Source of the DNA: Octopus sinensis
Lineage: Eukaryota
DNA length: 64,000 nucleotides
Direction of reading: 5' to 3'
Assembly (NCBI RefSeq): GCF_006345805.1
Contig: NC_042997.1
Coordinates: forward strand, 70,060,001 to 70,124,000
Shown: piece by piece, positions 1-12,930 of the stretch
Numbering within the stretch: the stretch's first letter is position 1
Layout: every line of letters begins with the position of its first letter
Translations under genes and position numbers: made by a program
The notes under the pieces: generated by a model
Told to the model about the DNA's origin: nothing
Seen by the model: the letters and a program-made list of their open reading frames with translations, nothing else
The model's database searches: none

Positions 1-21
1 ATACAAAGAGATGCTCTGTGT

Positions 22-64
<43 letters not shown>

Positions 65-239
65 TGTGTGGGAGAGAGAAAGAGTGTGAGGGCGAAATAG
101 AGAGGAAAAGACAAATAAAACTGTATAGTGATCAACTTACTGGATGAATAACTATTTCTTACGATAAGAAGCTATATATGCACACACGTACGTGGAATCA
201 TAGACACACACAGACGCGGACACACGCACATGCGCGCAT

Positions 240-292
<53 letters not shown>

Positions 293-1885
293 ATATATAT
301 ATGCATTTATACATAATGCATATATACATAGACATACAAATGTAGATATGTAATTACATATGGAATTATATATGCAAAGAAAGATAAGTATTATCTCTCT
401 GTGTATGTTTATTTTTGCATATGTATGTGGGTGTGTTCACTTGTCTCATCCACATTTGTTGTATATGGTTGACCAATTACAAACCTGGATGGAAATCGGT
501 TATAATTGATAAATATAGAGAAGAGTATAAATAACATCAAAATAAAGATGGAAAGAAAACCCAAAGCATAAAAATATTGAAAAAAATTAAATTTAAACGA
601 ATAAAGAGAACAAATATTTAAAAGAAGAGAAAAATTCATGAAGATTTGAAGGAAACGTTATTCAATGAATGCCAATAGAAATCAAATGAAGCTATGACAG
701 TTCCGGTTTAAGATGTGTTTGAGCAGCACTTCTTGAGTGAGAGAAAATAATCAGAGCAGACGGCATGTGTTTAGACAAGACGGCCATCTTAATTCGTTGA
801 CAAGTTCGAGGATCATCATTTTAATCAAGTGTCGTTAACTTAATCGACTGACCAATACAAAATTATTTCATTTAATTTTCAAAACTCTTATCACATTTGT
901 ATTCCTGCCCTTATGTCTCCGAAGCATATTATCCTCTTTCTTGCCTTCCTAGGCGCACACGTACAAAAATGCATATATATGCACACATTTGCGCACACAC
1001 AGAAACAGACACACAGGCACAAACTCGCGCGCGAGCCCGCATACGCATTAACGAACGTGCGCGCGCGCACACACACATCACCACTGATAGTTGTGTTTAT
1101 CTTTGTATCTTTGTAATTCATATTTTGGGAATAAACTTCCTATCTACATTTTCCATTACGTCTTCTTAATTCTCTTTTGTATATTATATTTTAAATATTA
1201 TTATATTGTTTTCTTCTGACCATTCGATTTCACTTTTCCTATTCTCTCACCTGAATCATTCTACACTCATAATGCTTGTGTATATATACATATATATGTA
1301 CGAATGATATGATATTTATATCTTTGCTTGTATATGTATATTTGCGTTCAAAAGATCTTGCAACATTTAGAAAATTAGCAATTTCTAAACTGCAATGTGC
1401 TCCACATATGGTAAAAGTGATTGTATGTCTTTTCCTTCCTTGTGTTAACATTTTATCTGCTATGGGCGATCTGAAAGGAATAAAAACCATTTAAATGCTT
1501 TAAAGTATTTTATATTGAAAACCTCCTCGCAACCTTTATACACATATACACATCTATAACCATGTGTATATATCTATGTAAGCATGTTATGGATTGTCTT
1601 TAAAAGAACATTTATATACATGTATATGCGTATGCAAAAAACACGTGTATGTATATGTATGTATGGGTGTATGCGGGCGTGTATGCATATGTTTATGGAT
1701 ACACTTATACATATACATGTGTGCGTGCGCGTAATCGTGCGTGAACAGAACCTTAAACTGGAGGCCCTTGGTATTATTCCGTGTACAAATCATGTTTTTT
1801 TTAAGTGTTAAATTCAATTACATTCAATGTTGATGGAAACATCAGCCGTACTTCATCATGTGCTACTAATATCGATAATGTCGCT

Positions 1886-2079
1886 TTAAAATTTTGGCAC
1901 AATATCAGAACATTGGGGAAGGGGATGAGTTGATTACATCGATTGGCACTTATTTTGTACTCGACTAGTACTTATTTTATCGACCCCCGCGGGTTGAAAG
2001 GAAAAGTCGACCGCAGCATAGTTCGAACCTAGAACACGAAGACAGACAGAATGCTAACGGCTCTACCAGCTCACCGCCC
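1886..2079 (-). mobile_element. tRNA-derived SINE, short family (Meta-domain-like core)
   Basis: Reverse complement begins GGCGGTGAGCTGGTAGAGCCGTTAGC and carries GGTCGAC..CCTTTCA..GGGGTCGATAAAATAAGTAC, shared with the copies at 3594, 26900 and 32350. The Meta-domain label is from memory. Confidence 0.8.
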
Positions 2080-2512
2080 TACTTTAAAGGGTAGCAGACA
2101 TGTATAACATTAAAGAGTAGAAGACAAGTATATTAAAATATTTTAATGGAAATTTTCGGAAACGAAAGGAAAAAACCATTTCAAACAGAAAGGAGGTCTA
2201 GCTTTCATTTGCTGTTCAAATATCACAGCAACTTCGACGTAATTGTCTTGTAGTGTCAGCAACGTGAAAGCTACCGGGTTATACGTAAATTAAAACACGC
2301 AAAATGAACAAAGATATAAAAACAACAGTTACAAATACGGTAAGGGGTGGGAAATAAAAAATTTTTCGACTGAACGGTAATACTAAGACCAATTGTGGAC
2401 AGAATAAGAAAATACAGAATTAAACAACATGTTTGTGTGTGTAATATGCATATGTATGTATATGTATTCATCTATATATTTATCTCTCTCTCCCTCTCTT
2501 TCTCTCTCACTG

Positions 2513-2555
<43 letters not shown>

Positions 2556-2561
<6 letters not shown>

Positions 2562-2690
2562 AGATGTATCAAGGTATTGGTGACTTATCTGGTATCCCCT
2601 GAAGAAATGTGTCTAGGTTTCGTTTGAAGGTGATAGGATCCTTTTCTTCTTTCATTTGTTTTAGGATAATGTTAAATAGAAGAGGGCCTG
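2556..2690 (-). mobile_element. L2/CR1-group LINE ORF2 C-terminal fragment
   Basis: Hand translation gives GPLLFNIILKQMKEEKDPITFKRNLDTFLQGIPDKSPIP*YISV, matching the GPxLFN...FKxxLDxFLxxIPD terminal motif of these LINEs. Confidence 0.7.
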
Positions 2691-2709
2691 TTATATAATA
2701 TGTATAGGC

Positions 2710-2763
<54 letters not shown>

Positions 2764-2910
2764 ATAAAGTGTACAAAGGGTCTCCTCTCTGTGTATAAAA
2801 ATATTTTATACACTTCATATTTAAAAAAATGTTGTCTTGTGATTTTCATTTATGCATGCTAACCACAGATAATAAATTATTTTAATTTATTACCCTCATA
2901 TTTACGATCG

Positions 2911-3004
<94 letters not shown>

Positions 3005-3112
3005 ATATACGTGTATTTATATATGTATATATATACATATATACATTTTTATGTATATAGACATATACATACATGCACACACATGCATCATACACACATT
3101 CACACATGTATG

Positions 3113-3160
<48 letters not shown>

Positions 3161-3593
3161 ACACACACACATACATATAAACACACATCTCTAAAAACCT
3201 ATTTGAGGAAAATTCGGTTCAAGCAATAAGGACGTAACAGTTCAATATAATTCAATATAAATTGTCTAGTTATGCATTTTACTCTCTACTGATGCGTCTC
3301 GGCGGATTATTTTCCCATTTGCAATTCCCTTCTCTTGCTAAAATATATTCTGCATCTACTAGAAGAAGCTTCCGCCTTTTAAAGTGAAAGTATCACCAGT
3401 ACCCAAGGATTGTCATAAAGCATATTGTCATAATTCCTGGTGAAATGAGCTGAAATAGATTCTTAGTAATCTGAAACCCATTGAGAAAACAAAGCAGTTA
3501 GAAGACATATATTTTGCCGTTCTCGTAAAATATCACAATGATATAGCTAACCACATTGAAACAACTGATCTCTTGCAGTAGGCTGTCAAAAAA

Positions 3594-3802
3594 GGTGGCG
3601 ATGTGGAAGAAACGTTAACATGCCGGGCAAAGTGCTTAGTGGTTTTCGCCCGTCTTTATGTTCTCAGTTCAGAATCTGCCGAGGTCGAATTTACCTTTCA
3701 TGTTTTCGGGGTCTATAAAATAAGTACCAGCTGAGCACTGGTTCGATGTAATTTACTTATCCTCTCCCCCGAACCTGCTGACTTTGTGCTAAAATTCGAA
3801 AA
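3594..3802 (+). mobile_element. tRNA-derived SINE, short family
   Basis: GGTGGCG head, GAGGTCGAATTTACCTTTCATGTTTTCGGGGTCTATAAAATAAGTACCAG core and AAATTCGAAAA tail. Confidence 0.8.
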
Positions 3803-3832
3803 CAGCATTACTATGGAAAAAAAAAAAAGAAA

Positions 3833-4035
3833 GCGGCGAGATGCAGAATTTTAGCACGGCGGACGAAATGTCTAGCTGCATTTCTCCTGTCTTTACGTTC
3901 TGAGTTCAAATTTCCCCGAGGCCAGCTTTGTCTTTCATCTTATTGGGGTCGATGAAATAAGTATTAGTTAAACACTGGGGTCATTGTAAACTCACCCGAA
4001 ATTGCTGACCTTGTGCCAAATTTGAAACCAATATT
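3833..4035 (+). mobile_element. tRNA-derived SINE, short family (second copy in tandem)
   Basis: GCGGCGAG head, GAGTTCAAATT B-box-like motif, GGGGTCGATGAAATAAG core and AAATTTGAAACCAATATT tail. Confidence 0.8.
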
Positions 4036-5179
4036 ACTCTGGCAAACAAGATACTCTCTACCGGAGGGTTGAGAAAACAAAGCAATCTCATGTATACGTT
4101 GAAGTTGGTTTCAACTCTGACACCATTCTATTATTTATCATTATAATATTATGCTGCAAATCAACTATTTTTTTCAACCAACTTTTTTTTTAAAATCACA
4201 AACTACAATCTTAAAGGGAGATCGTGAAATCGAATAATGTGATCGTGGATGTCTTCCAGTCGTTCACTTTAGCGGACAGAATTGCGTATCGTTCTCCCGC
4301 TGGCACCAGCTATCCCGTGCGAAACTTCAGAGAAAATCAGCTACTAGACATTTCAATTGGTCTTTTACTCCTCCACCCTGTTCCGACGATTTGCATGTCA
4401 GAGGCACTTCGGACTTCCGACCGGGCGTGGATCGCCATCTTTCGGGTCCCCGGCCGCCTGCTACACCCGAGATGCAGGATGGCAGCTGCTTGAAGGATAT
4501 ATTTTGTATATTATTAACCATACAAGGATATATTTTGTATCTTATTACCCATAAATCATAATTAGAGCTGACTTAGCTACAAAACCCGACAACAGCAAGA
4601 GCAACATTATGTCATTCACCCCCTTATAAAACGTTAATCCTTCTGAGCCTAGATAAGAACCTGGATTCGATTCTATGCTGAAGCTCATTTAATCTCAACA
4701 CTGAACTAATAAACAAAACCACCATCGTTCTTATTCCTACGGGAAAGCAGTAAAAATGAAAACCCCAATAAAAACAAAACAAGAAAGAGACAGAAAACAA
4801 TAATATGTTTCCTATTATTGCTCGCTTCTTTTCTAAAGATTGCTTACTAACCGAATCACTGCACTATACTTAGAATACAGATTAAACCCTCCGGCATGTT
4901 TGCTGTTAAGGTATACCACAAACCAATGACTAAATTTGTATAACAAGGCTGTCTTTCGGTGTCTTAGAAATTGTCCCATGCTTTGTAAACATATGATTTT
5001 TTCTTATATAAATACTAGTGACTGGGAATCGATTGCCAGTAATGTTTTGACAATTAACGAAGACTTTAGAACGTGATTGTTCAGAAATTATATAAGCCAA
5101 CAGCAAACAAAGTCTATTTTTCTATTTTATTATTCCCTCATTTTACATGCACTGAGAATTACATATATATATGTGTATG

Positions 5180-5249
<70 letters not shown>

Positions 5250-5254
5250 TATAT

Positions 5255-5285
<31 letters not shown>

Positions 5286-5327
5286 TGTATGTATGCATGT
5301 ATGTATATATAATATATATATATTATA

Positions 5328-5413
<86 letters not shown>

Positions 5414-5645
5414 ATAATATATATAATATATATATGTATTCAAATATATATATATATACTTGCATATACGTTTGTGTGTGTGTGAAAACATATATGTATA
5501 TATTATTTGGGAAAAGACAAGGAAAATTTAAACAAAGAGAAAGAACAAGAATCGATACAAAAATACCAGAAGCTAATCGAAGTGCATAAAAACAGCAGAT
5601 TCTACAGATTGTGTGTGCGTGTATAATTGTGTCTGTGAGTGTATC

Positions 5646-5696
<51 letters not shown>

Positions 5697-6015
5697 ACAT
5701 ACACACACATATGAGCATACTTACATATATATGCCTATACGCCGACAAATGTATCTATACATATACGCATACATAAATACATAATTACAAACAATGCATA
5801 TATATGTATATATATATGTAAGTGTGTGTGTATTGTATGTGTGTGTATATATGTAGACACTCGCGCGCGCACGAACTTAAACAGAGCGAAAGAAACATCA
5901 ACCACCAGCCGTTTCAGTTGGACCATGGTTATACATTAATATATTCTTATTCAGTATTCAGCTAAGTTTGAATAAAGAATCACTGCTTCTTTTCTCTTTA
6001 TTTTTTTTCCTTCAG

Positions 6016-6077
6016 CAGGTGCTTGATTTCACGTCATTATGTCCCAACGTCTACATCTTGCTGCATCCCCGGCTTAC
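6016..6077 (+). other. Candidate internal exon (unassigned)
   Basis: Long pyrimidine tract ending TTCCTTCAG (tandem CAGCAG acceptor) and a GTATGT donor at 6078. Two frames are open (QVLDFTSLCPNVYILLHPRL / RCLISRHYVPTSTSCCIPGL). No homolog recognised. Confidence 0.3.
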
Positions 6078-6119
6078 GTATGTAACCGTGTGTAAACAGG
6101 CAGAAGAATGAAAATACGG

Positions 6120-6280
6120 ATAGGAATAAGATGGTGGGGACGACGGTGAAGATGGTGGCGATGGTAATGACCGTGATGATCGTGATGATGGTAATAATGG
6201 AGAGAAGAGGTTGGCGGGCAGATATTAGTAGCGACGACGGCGACAATGGTAAACGACAAAGACTATGACATCGTCAATGA

Positions 6281-6361
<81 letters not shown>

Positions 6362-6661
6362 CAATGTTGATGCTGAGCAGGATGAGGGATGACGATGACG
6401 GCGATGAGGATGAAAATTATGCTTGACATCGATGATAATGATCGTCGTAATGTGAGTGATGATGATTGGTCATTCAATAAACATGTCGACGATGATGATA
6501 ATAACAAGGAATAAAGTGTGTAGGTCAGCCATGACAGCAATGAGGAAGATTCAATACCCTCTCTTCCTCCTCATCATCAACACCATTATATGCAAGAACT
6601 AATGCCGGGGAAAAGCTAGAACAGTAATAGCATTGATAGTAGTAGTAGTAGTAGCAGCAGC

Positions 6662-6722
<61 letters not shown>

Positions 6723-7005
6723 TCAGCAACAGCAGCCATAGTAATAGCAGTAATTGTAGCTGTTGTTGTAGTTGTAGTAGTAAGAGAAAAAGATAGTGAT
6801 GGTGATGGTGATGGTGATGATGATGATGATGATGATGATTATGATGATGATGAGGATGATGATGATGATGATGAAGAAGAAGAAGTAGGAGAAGAAGAAG
6901 AAGAAAAGAAGAAGAAGAAGAAGAAGAAGAAGAAGAAGAAGAAGAAGAAGAAGAAGAAGAAGAAGAAGAAGAAGAAGAAGAAGAAGAAGAAGAAGAAGAA
7001 GAGTT
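6120..7005. repeat. Compound trinucleotide tract (GAC/GAT/GTA/GAA)n
   Basis: Directly visible runs: (GAC)n into (GAT)n at ~6280-6360, (GTA)n at ~6637-6720, (GAT)n at ~6800-6875, (GAA)n at ~6875-7000. Confidence 0.95.
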
Positions 7006-7139
7006 ATATGTTGTAGAAACCTTGTCCCTTCGTGAACTTCCAGCAACCCAATTTTCTCCCGTTATTTTTGAACACAGTACCTTCACAAATGTAGGCTCAT
7101 ACATTCTCTGACAGACAGCTTCTCATAAAAATGTTTCCA

Positions 7140-7290
7140 GTCGTATTTAACTATTTCGACTGCTGTCATACTGGGGCACCACCTATAAATGTTTTAGTTG
7201 ATTGAATCGTCTCACCCGGTATATTGCCTAAAGCTTATTTTATCGCCACGGTAAGAGGACCGCAATGTCAAAGTTAAGAGGGCTAAAAGT
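7140..7290 (-). mobile_element. Decayed SINE 3' half (long family)
   Basis: Reverse complement contains GATAAAATAAG...GGTGGTGCCCCAGTATGACAGCAGTC, similar to the 3' part of the 27564 copy. Confidence 0.55.
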
Positions 7291-7550
7291 AAACAATACA
7301 GAAACAAATACGAAAAGGAAATTACACACATGCGCCCGCACGTACGAACACACACACACACACAAATACATACATACATACATACATACATACATACATA
7401 CATACATACATACATACATACATACATACATACATACACATACTGCTCAGGCGCGCGCATGCATATATATATATGAGAGGCACTTTTTCCACCAAAACAT
7501 TTGTCAAAATCTGCTTTAGACCTGTACACTGAGGTATGACTATATATATG

Positions 7551-7590
<40 letters not shown>

Positions 7591-7593
<3 letters not shown>

Positions 7594-7785
7594 AAATGAG
7601 GTACTCAGAAATTCAGATGGTTTTTTATTTACAGATATTTATTTGTATATTACATGTTTTTATACATCATATAACTTATATCATATATCACATGATATAA
7701 GTTATATGATGTTTAAAAACATGTAATATACAAATAAATATCTGTAAATATAAAACCATCCGAATTTCTGAGTACCTAATTTCTT
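7591..7785. repeat. Long foldback palindrome following a (TA)n run
   Basis: Arms 7591-7684 and 7692-7785 are reverse complements at 90 of 94 positions, with a 7-nt loop ATATCAC. Confidence 0.95.
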
Positions 7786-8028
7786 CTAATATAAAATATC
7801 GGTACATCATCTCCAAACCTTCTAATATATATATATATATTATATTATATTATATATGCAACCCATGTGTAAATATAATTTAATAATTCATAATATAGTT
7901 CTTACTAAAATAGTATTTTATTTAAAATCTTAGTTCTATAACATTCCATGCAAAAGGAAAAGAATAATTGTTGGAATGGGTGAGATTGAAAGAGCTTGTA
8001 AATACGTAGCGATTGTTGTTAAGGTATA

Positions 8029-9671
8029 CCATATACTTGTGGCAGAATGAGGCCGACTTCGTTGGTTAAGAATTTCAGGCTTTAGCATTTTTAACAAATA
8101 AAAAAAAAATCGTTTTTGAGAGTTTGCCTTGGATCACAAATGTTTTGTACGGCTGACCAGTCAAAGTGCATAATGTAATCGCTTAATCGCTTTTTCAAAT
8201 TCTAGTAGATACTCAACAGATTGACATGTATTTACCGCCATGTTGGTTGTGTAACCGAAAGTTGAAGTATCATACTTTAGGCATAGAGAGAGTAAAATAG
8301 TTTGCTTCTTTACTTTTTGTTATAATTATTCACCCTCTCACGATGTTTAAAGAAAAAGGAGAAATCTGAAATCAAATTTAAGAGTGAATAATCATCCTAC
8401 AAAATAAAATGGAAATACAGCTGCCGAGAAACATTTTTTTCTTCCACCAACAGCAAAAAATATTTGGCTGTTGGCTTGATGAAGAAGAAAATTTGAAAAT
8501 GATTAAATGTCATAAATACAATTTCTGATGGAAAAAGTAAATTAGCAAGGACTCGAAAATAAACTGTACAAATAGGCTGTAGTTCAAGGAACGGAAGGAT
8601 GATCAGCATTTCAAATTTGATCATTTTTCTTTTAAGCAAAAAGGATTGCATGAGATAATAGTGAAGATGATTTTACTGATGATATATCATGGTATTTTCA
8701 GCGTTTTCGAGCACAAAGGCCTAGTTATGAGAACCAGACGAGAATAGCTCAAATAATCTCCAATGAGTTTGTAATGAAATTTTGTCCTTTCACAAGTACA
8801 TCATAGATTTAAGAAAATAAATTTCATATGAATCGTCTCAAATCTCATTAACATTTGATGTTCCAAGCAATAGAACAGCTGATATAAAAGGCACTAAAAC
8901 AATTTCTGTGAAAACTAGGGGACATGAAATATCACAATATACAGTGGTGCTAAAAATATTGAGTAGATGTCACAAAATTACCATGAATGTTAATTAGTGA
9001 AAGGGAAATAATGCCTAAAAGAAATTTACCTAGATGCAAGTGTTTACGTACTTGTAAAAGGATGGAGGATTAAAGACAATTATTCCTTCGGTTTGAAGAA
9101 AGTTGGTCAAAATATCAAAGAGCGGGAGTACTTTAGAAAAATAAAATAAAAATTAACGAGTTAAAAACAAAACTTTAACAAGTCGACTGCAACCATGTTT
9201 CTATTGACAAACTTGCTAAAACTTTAATGAGCAGATTCAACAGTTACAAACCCTACTGAATCAAGGAAAAGATCGATGCTTACTCATGTGTTCATATGAA
9301 TGAAGAACTCGTGAAGAAAAGTGTGATATAAGATTAAGTTACTTAAGAAAAACGTTATGAGTAAAGTAATGGATGGCACCGCTGATGGCATTCTCTTTGA
9401 TCATAATATTGGATCCAATGATGGAATGCTTTTCAAGTAAATGTAAAAGCGATGAGAATCTTGGAGGTTTTGAACCAAATTAAATACAAATAAACTCTTA
9501 TTTTTAAAAAAATTGCTATACATATTTATTTAAATGTTTTGAACCATATACTAAATTTAAACATAACATTGAATTCTGTTTACGGGAAAATCTGTCAAAT
9601 TCGACTGAAGCGTTTTTCTTTAACGGTTTATTTTCAAAATAAAGATGTGCGTTCTATTACACAAAGTACGG
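8029..9671 (+). mobile_element. Decayed pogo-family (POGK-like) DDE DNA transposon
   Basis: Frame-shifted peptides GLVMRT..TRIAQ (~8720) and SLTFDVPSNRTADIKGTKTISVKTRGHEISQYTVVL (~8846-8950), followed by KGW. Weak TIR-like ends: (TA)CCATATACTTGTG on the left and GTGCGTTCTATTACACAAAGTACGG on the right. Confidence 0.75.
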
Positions 9672-9679
9672 TGTATATT

Positions 9680-9800
9680 TTTATCTCATTTATTTGTTTC
9701 AGTCATTGGCCTGCAGAAATGCTAGGACACCGCCTTGAAAAGTTTACCAGGAAACATCTGTCTCAGTACATATGTTTCTTAAGCCTGGTTTTATCTATCA
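9680..9800 (-). mobile_element. SINE 3' fragment (long family)
   Basis: Reverse complement ends GGCGGTGTCCTAGCATTTCTGCAGGCCAATGACTGAAACAAATAAA, as in the other copies. Confidence 0.65.
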
Positions 9801-10117
9801 GCCTTTTTCACACGTACACATGCGCGCGCGCGCACAAACATACACATCTTGGTAGATTAGTTTTTGCTGCTTTGTCAAATATCTTGCTTTGTCCAATGTC
9901 AGCTCTGATGGAGCAGATCTTTCGTGAAAGACAATACGTTCTTGACTCTCTCATCTTCTCCTCTATCGTAACTTACATTATTCAAAGTTTCCTTTGTTTC
10001 TTTCAAACAATTATGTGAAATTTAGGTGGGATACAGCTACTGTTTCTACGAGATGATCAAGTAGAGACACCCTTGAATCGCATAAAACGTAATTGTTACT
10101 ATCTAACCCACATCAAT

Positions 10118-10263
10118 CCTACCATCTTAAAAATTAAAGCATTTATTGGATGATACGTTCCTAGATAAATCTAAGAATACGATATGAACACGAATAGAAT
10201 ATACTTGTCTATGTATCTAGGAACGTATCATCCAATAAATACTATAATTTTTAAGAGGGTAGG
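10118..10263. repeat. Inverted repeat, MITE-like hairpin
   Basis: Arms 10118-10167 and 10214-10263 pair at 47 of 50 positions around a 46-nt spacer. Confidence 0.9.
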
Positions 10264-10309
10264 GAGTGATTTGAAGATGATATATTGATTATTTCTAGTT
10301 GGTCAAGTG

Positions 10310-10344
<35 letters not shown>

Positions 10345-10346
<2 letters not shown>

Positions 10347-10923
10347 TGTGCGTGAGAAGACCCAGGACAAGTGAGACCATAACCCGTGGCCTCTACCTGG
10401 GACGTAGCCAGTCCACTTATGCATACCTTTCCTTCTTGGGACACACAACTCTACCTGTGAAGACATGTTGAGGCAAGTGAAAATCAAAATCAAAGTCAAA
10501 ATCGAAATCGATCAACATCAATGGAAATTGTAGCTGTGATACCAGTGGCGGTGACACGTAAGAGGACCATCCGAACGTGGCCGTTGCCAGTGCCGGCCCG
10601 ACTGGCCTTCGTGCCGGTGGCACGTAAAAAGCACCATCCGATCGTGGCCGTTACCAACCTCGCCTGGCCTCCGTGCCGGTGGCACGAAAAAATCACCATC
10701 CGATCGTGGCCGTTTGCCAGCCTCGTCAGGCACCTGTGGCGGTTGCACGTAAAAAGCATCCACTACACTCAGGGAGTGGTTGGCGTTAGGAAAGGCATCC
10801 AGCTGTAGAAACACTGCCAGATCAGACTGGGCCTGGTGCAGCCTTATGGCTTCCCAGACCCCAGTTGAACCGTCCAACCCATGCTAGCATGGAAAGCGGA
10901 CGCTAAACGATGATGATGATGAT
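10345..10923 (+). mobile_element. RTE-type LINE 3' end/UTR (or RTE-tailed SINE) with internal tandem modules
   Basis: Contains GGTTGGCGTTAGGAAAGGCATCCAGCTGTAGAAAC and ends CATGGAAAGCGGACGCTAAAC(GAT)n. Four related units start at 10545, 10611, 10673 and 10736. Confidence 0.7.
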
Positions 10924-11717
10924 GCTATATATATAAAACCAGCCGAAATTGCAAAGATAATCTTGAACTCGACTGAGGAAAGAAAACTCCGAATGACCCG
11001 TCCTTGTTTTCTTTGCATCGTCTATCTGGATGTTTTGTTGTCCCTTTCTTGTATCACCTAACTGTCTGGATGTTTTGCGTTCTTTTTCCATTTGTATTTT
11101 TTTATATATATATACAAACATACATACATGTACATGCATTTCTTCATTCTGTTTCAAAACGTTATCCCAGTGTTTAGTTTGTTTTTTAATTCTGATAATT
11201 TATTCTATTTGACAGATTTTCATGAACTTATAGTTCTGGGAAAACGGGCAAAATATCCTGTTGTTTAGTTGTCGAGAAGAGGGTAGAAAAAAGAATATTT
11301 GCCGGCCCAGCGGTTTAGTTAAACACACTTAGCCTAAGGTAATACAGAATGAGATTGAATAAAAAAACCACATGCTTTCTAATCTGACATATAAACCACA
11401 TGTATATAACTGCAGCTTATATGTATATGTTTCCATGTATTTTAGTATACATGTATGATCTATTTATACATTTATTTTCAGTATTTATGTATGTGTGAGT
11501 ATGTGTGTATGTTTATACACATATGCATGTATGTGTTTATGTATGTATGTATGCATGTATTACAGGATGAATGTAGGTCTACAATAGAGTGATTTGCCCG
11601 AGTCGAGATAACAAAACATAACAGTCTTTCCTAGTAGTATAGAAATATATGGTCGATGCATGTGCATTGTCAGAGACAGAGTCACACATTCAGACATTCA
11701 TATATATATATATATAC

Positions 11718-11748
<31 letters not shown>

Positions 11749-11783
11749 GAGTACATATGCACAATCTAAGTACACACAAATAT

Positions 11784-11841
<58 letters not shown>

Positions 11842-12858
11842 TACGATAAAAGGCATTTTCTCTGCCTGTACCATGTTTGTTTTTAATACAATTGTACAAT
11901 ATACAATTTCTTCAATTGGAATTTACCTATGATTTTTCGAAGTAGATTCGATTGGGTCATGGCATATAAATTTTTTTTCAATTTGACCCCCAATTAAGCA
12001 AAAATTAGATCAAACATATACATATACGATTGCCTCTCTCATTTCAAATGCTTTCCTCCGTCTATTGCCACACTTTCTCCTACTTTCTCTTTGCAAGCGG
12101 GGAAACAGATACACGTGCATTTTGTTTCGGAAAGTTCTTTTGAAGTTGGTGTGCATCGGAAGCATTGATGTACATGTATGCGTGCGTGAGTGTGTGTGTG
12201 TGTGTGTGCGTGTTTGATGGGGTGTGCGACACAGAAAGTGTGGTGTGTAAGTGAAGTGCTTTTGTTAGTGTGTGTAAAGAGACAGAGAGAGTAATGTTGT
12301 GCTGTGTGTGTATGTGTGAAAGACAGAGATAATTGAACTTTTTTATTCACTTTTTGTAGTGAGTGACTGAGAGAGAAAAGAAGAGAGAGAGGTTATGTAT
12401 GTATATATGTATGTATGGCTTCAGTGACACACACACAAAAACACATACCTACGTACACCTAAAGCACGCACACACACACACAAACGGAGCGCGAACTTCA
12501 AAAGAACTTCGCGCTCTATCTATCTGGTTTGCCATTCCTCACACACACACATACACACGCAAACATATACATATATGACAGTGACAAACACAAACGTTTC
12601 AAACAACTACATATAAACACTCAGACATACACACACACACACGCATGTGTTTGTTATTAGTAGAAAAGGCGCCAAACACACTTCACTTTCTCATTCGAAC
12701 ACATTTGCCAACACACACCGACGGTCGAATTGCCATAACTCAACAGAAAAGGTTTTTAAGTTACTTTCTGTCGCTAAATTTAGGTAGTATTAATTGGCGA
12801 GCGCACTTCAGTTGTCAATTGTTGAAAAAAAGAAATTGTAAGCTAAGAAGGCGTGTGT

Positions 12859-12908
<50 letters not shown>

Positions 12909-12930
12909 GTATTAATGTGTGTGTGTGTTA

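Noticed and set aside
1251-1470. Minus-strand 220-nt exon with good splice sites
   Set aside because: The open frame runs through a TA-type repeat (HIYVYIH) and gives no recognisable peptide.
5077-5708. Long ORFs of 110-192 aa rich in IY/HT/CV
   Set aside because: Translations of (TA)n and (CA)n, which lack stops in these frames. The same applies to most of the ORF track.
6616-7104. Poly-S/L/V/D/E/K ORFs
   Set aside because: Open frames in pure trinucleotide repeats; no flanking domain or splice support.
10545-10790. CRISPR-like periodic palindromic repeats
   Set aside because: The intervals are themselves repeated rather than unique spacers; it is inside a eukaryotic retroelement UTR and there are no cas genes.
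10973-11003. CTGAGGA...GAAT..GTC hammerhead candidate
   Set aside because: The core is present but GAAA is altered and helices I and III do not pair.
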